DNA from: Synechococcus sp.
GTDB lineage: Bacteria; Cyanobacteriota; Cyanobacteriia; PCC-6307; Cyanobiaceae
Assembly (NCBI GenBank): GCA_047285535.1
Contig: JBJBDC010000001.1
Span: 2,688,136-2,752,135 of the forward strand
Direction of reading: 5' to 3'
DNA: 64,000 nt
Every line of letters begins with the position of its first letter. Position 1 is the stretch's first letter. Both the position numbers and the translations under genes were made by a program. Below the pieces are notes generated by a model, which made no database searches, was not told where the DNA came from, and saw only the letters and a list, made by a program, of their open reading frames with translations. This document shows positions 11,478-19,845 of the stretch, one piece after another.

Positions 11478-11624
11478 TTATCGACGTCCAAACCCTCCAG
11501 CCAGGGCAATCAGCGCATAGGTGATTAAGGCGGTTGGTCTGACCAGAATTGAGAGGGAAACAAGAGACAGTAGAGCGACCAGCAATGGCAAGCGCTTCGT
11601 TAAACGAGGACTTGGTAAGAACAT
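11478..11624 (-). CDS. Putative 48-aa small membrane protein (below the ORF-track cutoff)
   Basis: Manual translation MFLPSPRLTKRLPLLVALLSLVSLSILVRPTALITYALIALAGGFGRR*; two hydrophobic segments flanked by basic residues; same strand as both neighbours. Confidence 0.55.
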   Translation of the reverse strand: MFLPSPRLTKRLPLLVALLSLVSLSILVRPTALITYALIALAGGFGRR

Positions 11625-11808
11625 CAGCAAGATTCCATTGCGATTACCGAGACCGCTTGAAGGTGAGTGCCCACAAGAAGCTGGAACCTGCTGGGACTCA
11701 AGGGGAACGTTTGGTTCTCTAAGAATGGCTGTGGTTCAAGGCCCCAAGTCATGGCTTGCCCTTGAATTTGAAAAATTAGCTTAATGCGCATGGTGATGAA
11801 TATGTAGC

Positions 11809-12504
11809 TCAGAACCCCTTTGCTCGAGGGCGCTGGCTTGAAAGCGAGATGTTTTTCATCTTCTCCGTTGGATGAGGATGTGCTGATATTGGCTGAGCTA
11901 CCGCGTTAAAGGCGAGAGACCAGCGTTCCCCGCTCCCCCGAAAAGGCATGACGGAATGCGGTTGCCAGGCTGGAAAAATGTAGAAATCACCAGGCTTGGG
12001 GAGTATGTACTTGGCCATCCCGGTGCGAAAGGATTGAAGGTGGTAGTCCTCCGGACCGTGAAAACAAAGCTGACCATCAAAGCTGGTGCCGTCTATTTGT
12101 TTTGGCACTTTCAAAAAGACAACTCCTGAAAAACTTCCTCCATGGGTATGCATAGGGTTGTAATCGCCCTCCCTTTGGCAATTCAGCCATACATCAATCA
12201 ATTTCAGTTGATAACGACCAGGTATCCAGGGGCCACGACCTTGAGGAGGTTGCTGGTCTATCACGTGTCGAATCCAGCGCTCACATCCATTGAGAAGGAC
12301 GCATTCTCCCAGCTCCTGAACAACTGGGTGTCTTGGATTGAGCTCTCGTTGTTGGTTGAGTCGACCAGCCAAGCGCCCTGATGCATCAGGATTTGATTCC
12401 GGATTACGGAGTACGTCTTCGCAATGGAGTAGAAGTTGATCGCGCAGTTTCAGATTAAGCTCACCTTGCACGATGGACCGTGGAAACAAATCAATAACGT
12501 TCAT
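11809..12504 (-). CDS. Putative 2OG-Fe(II) oxygenase (TIGR02466-like)
   Basis: WLN....GDYNPMHTH, SGVVFLKVP, FPAWQPHSVMPF and ERWSLAFN double-stranded beta-helix motifs. Confidence 0.85.
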   Translation of the reverse strand: MNVIDLFPRSIVQGELNLKLRDQLLLHCEDVLRNPESNPDASGRLAGRLNQQRELNPRHPVVQELGECVLLNGCERWIRHVIDQQPPQGRGPWIPGRYQLKLIDVWLNCQREGDYNPMHTHGGSFSGVVFLKVPKQIDGTSFDGQLCFHGPEDYHLQSFRTGMAKYILPKPGDFYIFPAWQPHSVMPFRGSGERWSLAFNAVAQPISAHPHPTEKMKNISLSSQRPRAKGF

Positions 12505-12595
12505 GTGTTGAGGGTTGAGCCATGCTTATGGTAAAAAGTTAGGGGTCGATGCTTGTGTTAAAAGCAATTTATTGAATAGGAATTGATTGAATTTT

Positions 12596-12637
12596 ATTGT
12601 AAGTAGTTGAGTCTTTGTAAGTTGTTTCTGTTGCTAC
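12596..12637 (-). promoter_or_regulatory. Candidate NtcA-type promoter (GTA-N8-AAC, 22 nt, TACAAT) upstream of the oxygenase
   Basis: Minus strand GTAGCAACAGAAAC, a 22-nt spacer, then TACAAT; one mismatch to GTA-N8-TAC. Confidence 0.35.
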
Positions 12638-12984
12638 AAGGTGGTGCTTGTCTGTCTGCTGCTGATGTCTTGTGTCTTGTTTATTGGGGATATGTCTTCA
12701 AGTTTTTTGCAAGCGCTTTCCTTCCTAGTCTGCGGGGCGGGATTTGATGGCTAGCTGGCTTTGTTTTCTGTGGGCAAAGCTCCAATCTTGATATTCATCA
12801 TCATATGATCCTTCCGTTCCGGGATCAATCACATTGTGCTTAGGGTGCTGAGTAGACTATTTCTATCGATAGCTTCCTTTGTAGCCAATTTTTACCTTTA
12901 GGAGAAAGTGAGCTGAATCTGGTTCAAGTAGTGAACTGATGTGGACGAAGTGAATGCAACATTTCGTCGCTGATCGAGTTCAAC

Positions 12985-13128
12985 TCAGAATCCTATTTGG
13001 CTCAAGATTCCTTGGCCGCTGAGAAGTTCGGTGACAAGGCCAATCACGAAGCCGAGCATGGCAAGACGACCATTCCATGTTTCTGCGAAATTGACAAAGC
13101 CGAAGTGAGATTGGGTGTTGTTAGTCAT
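12985..13128 (-). CDS. hli: High-light-inducible protein (Hli/SCP), 47 aa
   Basis: Manual translation MTNNTQSHFGFVNFAETWNGRLAMLGFVIGLVTELLSGQGILSQIGF*; ExxNGRxAMxG chlorophyll-binding motif. Confidence 0.95.
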   Translation of the reverse strand: MTNNTQSHFGFVNFAETWNGRLAMLGFVIGLVTELLSGQGILSQIGF

Positions 13129-13181
13129 GATTTCAGTCGAAGAATTAAGCCTCACTATGGTGAGGCTTTGTTGTTCAGGAA

Positions 13182-13352
13182 TTAGCCAGCAACAGCCGAG
13201 ATGCTGTAGGGAGCTTGAGGAAAGCTGGTGGGCATTGGATCGAGTTTGCCTTCGGCTAGAGCTTTAGCACGAATGTACATTTGACTTGATGTGGCACCAG
13301 CCGCTTCCATTGCTTTGGCGACGACGTTCCAGTTGCGAACTTCAGTAGACAT
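13182..13352 (-). CDS. Hypothetical 56-aa protein upstream of hli
   Basis: MSTEVRNWNVVAKAMEAAGATSSQMYIRAKALAEGKLDPMPTSFPQAPYSISAVAG; ATG at 13352 preferred over the 100-aa track start. Confidence 0.7.
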   Translation of the reverse strand: MSTEVRNWNVVAKAMEAAGATSSQMYIRAKALAEGKLDPMPTSFPQAPYSISAVAG

Positions 13353-13379
13353 TTCAATTTGAATTGAAGGTGATCTAAT

Positions 13380-13433
13380 GATCGGCAGCTCGATGCACTT
13401 GTCGTGAGAGGGAAACCCGTCCGCTGGCCGAAC
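13380..13433 (-). promoter_or_regulatory. Candidate structured 5' leader RNA of the 56-aa ORF/hli unit
   Basis: Minus-strand TCGGC-CAGC...GCTG-CCGA closing stem enclosing GGG-TTT-CCC; CATAGT -10-like element at 13443-13438. Confidence 0.4.
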
Positions 13434-14195
13434 AAGCACTATGAGGCGGCTATGGATACTGTGCCCAGAATCAAATCGAACCAACGTGATCGCTTCTTCA
13501 ACTTGATTGCGCAGGAGAGTCAGCTTGTCATGATCAAAGAGATTGCTTCCTAAAGGATCGCTCTATGGATCACGAGAGGATGCATGACTTCTCAATAAGA
13601 GAAACAGTTGTCGTGAGTCGTGCTGATTACTTCTAATGATCTTCTCTCAGGTATAATTTGAGGTTGTATCGCAATTAGATTGGGGCTCTAGTGAGACATC
13701 GCGAACACCTTCGCTAATTCCTGTGCGCTCATGAAAATCAACTGGATCTTCACCAGCATTCAGTTGCTTAATCGCGAAATCAGAAGATCCTATATATTTC
13801 AAGGAGAGAATGAAGACAGATCTCCGAACCCATCTTGGATCTGCTTACCGCTTAGGCATTAAACACATTTAAATTTAGCCTCAGTAGAGGATTGTTAAAG
13901 TATTCCTTGGCTAAAACGACAGAAAGCGGCCTTAACTGCACACATGCTTGATCCAATACTGTCGCTTCTCTCAGGGTTGCGGTCGTGAGATTTGTTTTGT
14001 TCCGCAAAAGCTGGTTCAAGGAAAAGGGTTAATCACGCAGGCCTTAACCGCTGTTAAAGCAAGGGAAACCATTTTCTTCCCTTGAGTCATTTTCAGGCGA
14101 AGTTAGTGAATACAGCTTTGTTTCGATTCACTCATCTCTGTTTTAAATTCTGAATCGCCTTAAATATTCTGGTCTAATGAAAGCATCCTAAGAGG

Positions 14196-14408
14196 ATGCA
14201 GCCCATGGCTGATTGCTTGCAGAAGGTCACAGTTCTCGCCGAGATTACAGTCGATCTGAGTGTTCCTGAACTCCAGACAAAGAGGCAACTGAGCGAATGG
14301 ATCGAATCCAAGGTGGCTCGGACCCATTTCATAGACCATCTGAGGCCAGAGTCATTCAGAAGGCTTGAGGTGGTAAAGGTCGCAACCACCACTCAGATCA
14401 TTGGTTAA
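14196..14408 (+). CDS. Hypothetical 70-aa protein
   Basis: ORF with globular-looking composition, preceded by AAGAGG; no family recognised. Confidence 0.4.
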   Translation: MQPMADCLQKVTVLAEITVDLSVPELQTKRQLSEWIESKVARTHFIDHLRPESFRRLEVVKVATTTQIIG

Positions 14409-14548
14409 ATCTCTTGTCTGCCCAGACCTCGCTTCCATTCATGAAACTCATCACAACTCCTCCAGCTTCGGTGCTGTTAGTGCTCGGCTTTCATGCGGGC
14501 TCACTAGACCGTTTGCGCTGCCTAGACATCGACAGCTGACACGTTCTA

Positions 14549-14633
14549 ATTGCAAAAGAGTATCAACAACAATTAGCCTCCTTGCTGAACAGAATCACCG
14601 CAAAGAATACGGCTATTGATTGTGATTCTCAAC
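14549..14633. promoter_or_regulatory. Two Fur-box-like 19-mers upstream of ferritin
   Basis: ATTGCAAAAGAGTATCAAC (14549-14567) and ATTGATTGTGATTCTCAAC (14615-14633); GATAAT -10-like element at 14649-14654. Confidence 0.5.
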
Positions 14634-14725
14634 AGCAAATCTTGTCTTGATAATGTTCGGTTCATTCGCCTTACATCGTCGAAAAAATGTAATAGAACGG
14701 AGGAGTCCTCGTTTCGGACACCCTC

Positions 14726-15307
14726 ATGACTCAATCCACAACCCAAGCCAAGATCAGCATCGCCACCGGACCTGCTGGTCGTGCCATGGCAGAAGCCATG
14801 TCACCGGAGATGGTCAGCCAATTGCAGGCCCATCTCAATCTGGAACGGCAATCCTCTGCTGACTATTTCGCTGCAGCCGTCTGGTTTGCAGAGCGCGAAC
14901 TCACTGGTTTTGCTGAACATCTGCGTAATGAAGCCAAGCAGGAGCAGGAGCATGCCGCAAAATTCGCCGACTATCTGATCTCCCGGGGTCAAACCGTTGA
15001 ACTCGATACGATCGAAGCACCTCGCCAGACATGGCCCGATCCAGAAGAGGTGATCGCCAACGTCTTCAAGATGGAAGCGGATGTCACCAGTTCTGTGCTG
15101 CAGCTGTATGCCACAGCAGAGCGCGATGTTGATCAACGCACAACGGTTTTCCTTGATCCCGTTGTTGATGATCAGCGAGCTTCAGAACATGAAGCCGCTT
15201 ACCTGCTGGGCCGGGTGAAGTATGCCAATGGTGAGCGTGCGGCGATGATGATCATTGACGCCGAACTCAGAGAAGATGAAGCGGAACCCGCAACGCTTCA
15301 GGGTTAA
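14726..15307 (+). CDS. ftn: Ferritin
   Basis: Ferroxidase-centre residues E40, Y47, E73, H76, E117 and Q150 at ferritin spacing. Confidence 0.93.
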   Translation: MTQSTTQAKISIATGPAGRAMAEAMSPEMVSQLQAHLNLERQSSADYFAAAVWFAERELTGFAEHLRNEAKQEQEHAAKFADYLISRGQTVELDTIEAPRQTWPDPEEVIANVFKMEADVTSSVLQLYATAERDVDQRTTVFLDPVVDDQRASEHEAAYLLGRVKYANGERAAMMIIDAELREDEAEPATLQG

Positions 15308-15358
15308 GACTCAGTTCAAGCTTCTTGAACAATGCGTTTTCAATGTGGTCTGAATACG

Positions 15359-15383
15359 GCATGGCCTCAAGTTGAGGCCATGC
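15359..15383. other. Perfect 11-bp hairpin between convergent ftn and the secreted-protein gene
   Basis: GCATGGCCTCA-AGT-TGAGGCCATGC; no correctly placed U-tract on either strand. Confidence 0.5.
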
Positions 15384-15499
15384 AAAAAATACACAACCCA
15401 GCCATGAGCGGGATTGTGTATTGCTCCCAATAATGGTGAGGAAAAGTAACAGAGTCATTCACCCCGAAGGTTGCCAAGTTGGTGTATGCACATGGATAC

Positions 15500-15952
15500 T
15501 CAGCCTTCCGGTGCGTAATTACTGTATTGGCATTGATACTCAACTCTGAATTTCATGTGTGGAGATTCAATATTTGCTATGGGAACAAACTTGGCATTTC
15601 CCTGTTCATTCATGAGTCTATTGGGTTGAAACCCTTTTTGTAGGTTGAATGGCTGATTTGGCGTTCTTTGGTTTGGACAGGTGATGACAGGTGTTCGGCA
15701 TTTAAAAGATTTCACTGTTGGTTTTGGAACCCCTGCAAAACCTGGCGCTTTGTTGTATTTGCCATATGTTTTGACACCTACAGCTTTGAATCCTGGGGCA
15801 CATTTTAGTCGGAAAGGTGCTTGATTCGTCAATCCTGAGGGTGTTGATGGTCTTGCATTGGCAATGCTAGATGCAGTTGTGGTGATGCCTATTCCCAAAC
15901 TAATTAATGCAAGAGTGCAGGCACTTTTTGAGGCAAGTTGCAAAGCTGACAT
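15500..15952 (-). CDS. Hypothetical secreted, basic protein (150 aa) with four Cys in the mature part
   Basis: N-terminal hydrophobic stretch ending in ANA (signal peptidase I-like); K/P/N/Q-rich; AT-richer than core genes. Confidence 0.7.
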   Translation of the reverse strand: MSALQLASKSACTLALISLGIGITTTASSIANARPSTPSGLTNQAPFRLKCAPGFKAVGVKTYGKYNKAPGFAGVPKPTVKSFKCRTPVITCPNQRTPNQPFNLQKGFQPNRLMNEQGNAKFVPIANIESPHMKFRVEYQCQYSNYAPEG

Positions 15953-16051
15953 GGCTAAGATTCCGGTTTAGGATTCGATTGGCTTTGGTTCCAATCAACT
16001 TCACCATCGTCGATCTCCAAGGCGTTTGTTATGAGTGCGGTCAAACAAGTT

Positions 16052-16067
16052 TGTGATGTTCATCACA
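16052..16067. promoter_or_regulatory. Perfect CRP-type palindrome TGTGA-N6-TCACA
   Basis: TGTGA TGTTCA TCACA, 100 bp upstream of the ATG at 15952. Confidence 0.55.
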
Positions 16068-16334
16068 GTTATTTGATTTCATTGAGCTGGCTGTATTGCC
16101 GTCTTCAGCCGGATTTAGTCACTGCAGTTTATTGATGATTGTTGTTAAAAAATTCACGGAATGATGATGGAATCCCATCTGGGAGCTTTGGACCAGCCCA
16201 ATCAATCTGGATGAGCGCTTCGGTGATGAGCAAGATCACTAAAAGCAGTGAGTCTGGTCCACAGGCTCGATATTTAAAGGTGTAATGGTGTCAGGGCATG
16301 CCCAAGCCTGTTGTTGTTCACGCGTTAAAAGCTC

Positions 16335-16695
16335 ATGAAAATCACTTCTCAAAAAATCGTACTGGTTTCACTTGCTGCCTGCTTATCTATTCTTCCACTG
16401 TCATATTCATAATGCGATGACAGCTTCGTTGCTCGCTGATCGGCAAGCACGAATTGAATAGCCAAAATTGGGACCAAGTCTGAAAGTAAGGAGGCTGACG
16501 AATAGCGAATCGGTAAAAGCTGTTAAGGGGATTAACTATGTCATTGATGCTCTCAATTCAAGCGGGAGGACAATGTCATCAAAAAATGCAAGACTCGTTG
16601 GTTTATCTCCCTATTAGAAGAATGTGATAAAGAGAGAGTTAAATGATCTGAGCTCACAGGATAGGTCTGAGTTGAAGAAGTATTTTAGGCACTAG
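16335..16695 (+). pseudogene. Possible decayed gene for a secreted protein
   Basis: MKITSQKIVLVSLAACLSILPLSYS* (signal-peptide-like), followed in another frame by protein-like segments interrupted by two TAG codons. Confidence 0.3.
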
Positions 16696-17164
16696 GTCGA
16701 GAGGCGAAAAAAGGTAGATGGAGGTCAGGGTGATTGTTCTGCAAGTGGAAGTCTGAACGATGCAAAAATGCATGACACTTTATTAGCCATTGTAAGTCTT
16801 TTTGGCCCTCCTTGTAGTTAAGTGAGCGTCTTTAAGACTGTTTTTGATGGTGGATTGGCCCTTGTTTTGCAGGGTCCTTTTGTTCGCCGATTGACTGCTC
16901 CATGTTTTGACTTGTTCTGCTCAGTCTTGAGGGCGATCTCAGTGTTGGCTGGTAACGTCGCAACTGAAATTCAGTTGCTTAATATGGACTCTCGAGCTGG
17001 ATAGTATGGATTGATTTGGGTGGCTGCTGGCTCTCTTTGGCACATTGAATTGATAAAGTTATAAGCTATTAATGGGTTAATGGTGAGGTGTTTGTTCTTT
17101 TTAAATCAACGCTATTTTGCTTTATTGGTTCTAATTGATCTGGATTAGCTGATTTGGGTGTCAA

Positions 17165-17237
17165 TGGAGAATAGGGGATTCGAACCCCTGACCTCTGCGG
17201 TGCGATCGCAGCGCTCTACCAGCTGAGCTAAATCCCC
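17165..17237 (-). tRNA. trnA: tRNA-Ala (anticodon CGC)
   Basis: GGGGATTTAGCTCAGCTGGTAGAGCGCTGCGATCGCACCGCAGAGGTCAGGGGTTCGAATCCCCTATTCTCCA; G3:U70 identity pair. Confidence 0.97.
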
Positions 17238-17311
17238 TTCTCCGTGAAACCTAGCGTCAGCTCTAGAGGCCTGCTCCAGGCAGAATGGAGTTTCAGCATC
17301 AGGCGACCAGC

Positions 17312-17515
17312 ATGCCGATCACGCCGGAATCTCTGGATGCCTTTGATGATGACAAGGTGGCTTCTCTGGCACGCCGTTTAGAGGAAGATGATTACCCCAC
17401 CCCTTTCGATGGTCTTGGGGATTGGCATTTGTTGCGTGCTCTAGCCATTCATCGGCCAGAGCTCACGGCTCCCTACGTTCATTTGATTGATCAGGAACCA
17501 TTCGATGAAGACTGA
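17312..17515 (+). CDS. DUF2555-like conserved cyanobacterial protein
   Basis: LA.RLEEDDY.TPFDGL.DWHLLRALA..RPEL..PY.HL.DQEPFDE. Confidence 0.8.
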   Translation: MPITPESLDAFDDDKVASLARRLEEDDYPTPFDGLGDWHLLRALAIHRPELTAPYVHLIDQEPFDED

Positions 17516-18791
17516 GGCCCTCAGGTCTCTTGAGGGGTGTCGACTTCTCGTCGCCGCATCCGGCAGCATCGCTGCGGTTAAGACTCCTCTACTCGTTAGT
17601 GCACTTGTCAAGGCAGGGGCGGAAGTGCGTTGTGTCATCACCCCAAGCGCTGCTCGGCTTGTGAGCCCAGTGGCATTAGCCACGTTGAGTCGCCATCCCT
17701 GTTTGCAAGATGAGGATCAGTGGCATCCCTCCCAGACTCGGCCCTTGCATATTGAGCTGGCCGAATGGGCTGATCTCGTCATTGTCGCTCCACTGAGCGC
17801 AACAAGCCTTGCCCGATGGACCCAAGGGTTTGGAGACGGACTACTGGCTTCTTTGTTGCTCGCCTGCGAGCGGCCTGTTGTGGCAGCTGCAGCCATGAAT
17901 ACAGCCATGTGGAGTAGTCCTGCCGTTCGCCGCAACTGGGGGCTTTTGCAACGAGATGAACGAGTGCTGTGTCTTGGCCCAGAACCTGGGTTGTTGGCTT
18001 GTGATCGAATTGGAGAGGGACGTATGGCTGATCCAGGGTTGCTTGAATTGGCAGTCATCCATGCGCTCCAGCAGGTGGGTAAAGAAGGGCAATTGCCTCG
18101 TGACTGGCATGGTTCTTCTTTACTGGTCACCGCAGGCCCCACTCTGGAAGCTCTTGATGTTGCTCGTGTGATCAGTAACCGGAGTAGTGGGCGAATGGGA
18201 GTGATGCTCGCTCAAGCGGCTCGATGGCGGGGTGCTCGGGTTCACTTAGTTCACGGACCCTTGCAGTTGCCGTCAGCCTGGCTTGAGGGTTTGCGTTGTC
18301 ACCCTGTGGAGTCTGCGCAAGAGATGGAATCAGCTCTAACTGGTTTGCAGCCACAGGTTGATGCCGTTGCGATGGCCGCTGCGGTGGCAGATCTTCGTCG
18401 TCGCGGTGGACCTCTCGGTGATAAACCCGCGAAGGCTGACTTGGCTCGTGTTCTTTCAGCTGATATGGAGTCTGTTCCTGATCTGTTGGCGGGCTTGGCC
18501 CGGCGCCGAATCTCAGGCCAGGTGTTGTTGGGATTTGCAGCACTTAGCGGTCCAACCAATGTGATGCTTGATCGTGCACGTCAGAAGCTTTCTGCCAAGC
18601 AATGCGATTTGTTGTTTGCGAATCCCATTGATCAACCCAATCAAGGATTTGGTTCAAGCCTGAATGGTGGCTGGTTGCTGAAGCGCGATGGATCACTAGA
18701 GCAGTTGTCAACGCAATGCAAACTCGCACTTGCCAACCGCTTGCTTGATGAGTGTGCAAGCCAAATGCATGCAGGACAGTCCGCCTCGTAA
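17505..18791 (+). CDS. coaBC: Bifunctional phosphopantothenoylcysteine decarboxylase/ligase
   Basis: SGSIAAVK, HIELAEWAD, AMNTAMW, LACDRIGEGRM, VTAGPT, SNRSSGRMG and AAVAD motifs. Confidence 0.95.
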   Translation: MKTEALRSLEGCRLLVAASGSIAAVKTPLLVSALVKAGAEVRCVITPSAARLVSPVALATLSRHPCLQDEDQWHPSQTRPLHIELAEWADLVIVAPLSATSLARWTQGFGDGLLASLLLACERPVVAAAAMNTAMWSSPAVRRNWGLLQRDERVLCLGPEPGLLACDRIGEGRMADPGLLELAVIHALQQVGKEGQLPRDWHGSSLLVTAGPTLEALDVARVISNRSSGRMGVMLAQAARWRGARVHLVHGPLQLPSAWLEGLRCHPVESAQEMESALTGLQPQVDAVAMAAAVADLRRRGGPLGDKPAKADLARVLSADMESVPDLLAGLARRRISGQVLLGFAALSGPTNVMLDRARQKLSAKQCDLLFANPIDQPNQGFGSSLNGGWLLKRDGSLEQLSTQCKLALANRLLDECASQMHAGQSAS

Positions 18792-19014
18792 GCAAAGTGA
18801 TTAGCCGGTGGCAGCTATCTGCACCAGGCTTCCTGAGAAGTTGGTTGATTCGACCATTCATTCCAGCGGGAACCTACTTTTCAGGGGTCTCTTTGCGAAT
18901 AGTTCGCGACGGCTTGTTTAGAGCTGCAAAAGGCCAGCCGGAACTCACGTTTTCGCCTTGTAGGATCGAAAAATCGGTAGATACCGTCTTCGTTCGGCTA
19001 CTCAGCTTTCTTCT

Positions 19015-19836
19015 ATGCGCATCCGTCCCCTGCTGGCCATGGTGCTAGCCCTCTGCCTATTCGTCGTAACTGCCTGCAGTGGTGGTGCTGAGGCCATAGA
19101 TCGATCCAACGTTACCTACGACGACATTCGTAATACGGGCAAGGCCAACGATTGCCCCACCCTGCCTGAGGCAGCTCGCGGCTCCATCAGCCTGACTGCT
19201 GGTTCTGCCTATGAACTCCGCGGGATTTGTATGCACCCCTCCCAAGTCTTTGTGAAGGGTGAACCCGCTAACAAGCGCCAAGAAGCTCAATTTGTTGAGG
19301 GAAAAATCCTGACTCGTTACACCTCGAGTTTGGATGAAGTTTTTGGAGATCTGACCGTCAGTAACGATGGCTTGAGTTTCAGCGAAAAAGGCGGCATTGA
19401 TTTTCAGCCGATCACCGTCTTGGTTCCTGGTGGTGAGGAATTCCCATTCACCTTCTCCAGTAAAAACCTCCAAGCAACTGCTGATGGTTCATCACTCACC
19501 ACCAGTACAGATTTCAGCGGGACCTACCGCACACCGAGCTACCGCACCAGTAACTTCATCGATCCCAAGGGTCGTGCGCTGACAACTGGTGTGGATTATC
19601 CCCAGGGACTTGTGGGTCTTGGTGGAGATTACGAAGAGCTCGAAAGCGAAAACATCAAGCGATATATCGATGGCACGGGTGAGATGAGCTTTTCGATCAC
19701 CAAGGTGGATCCAGAAACAGGCGAATTTGCTGGCGTCTTCTCGGCGATTCAACCTTCCGACTCTGATATGGGTGGACGTGAGATCGTTGACGTGAAGATC
19801 AGCGGAGAGGTCTACGGCCGTCTTGAGGAGGCTTGA
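19015..19836 (+). CDS. psbO: Photosystem II manganese-stabilising protein
   Basis: TYDDIRNTGKANDCP, GIDFQPITV, PSYRTSNFIDPKGR and QPSDSDMG motifs. Confidence 0.97.
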   Translation: MRIRPLLAMVLALCLFVVTACSGGAEAIDRSNVTYDDIRNTGKANDCPTLPEAARGSISLTAGSAYELRGICMHPSQVFVKGEPANKRQEAQFVEGKILTRYTSSLDEVFGDLTVSNDGLSFSEKGGIDFQPITVLVPGGEEFPFTFSSKNLQATADGSSLTTSTDFSGTYRTPSYRTSNFIDPKGRALTTGVDYPQGLVGLGGDYEELESENIKRYIDGTGEMSFSITKVDPETGEFAGVFSAIQPSDSDMGGREIVDVKISGEVYGRLEEA

Positions 19837-19845
19837 CTTCCTGTT

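Noticed and set aside
12881..12895. GTAGCCAATTTTTAC as an NtcA site
   Set aside because: Spacer is 9 nt, not 8.
13484..14170. Short open stretches and a single ATTGAGAA Fur-like half-site in the islet spacer
   Set aside because: No convincing start and stop pairs, and only a half-site match.
16721..16730. GAGGTCAGGG matching part of tRNA-Ala as a possible att site
   Set aside because: Only 10 bp, inverted relative to the tRNA, not the 3' end, and no integrase nearby.
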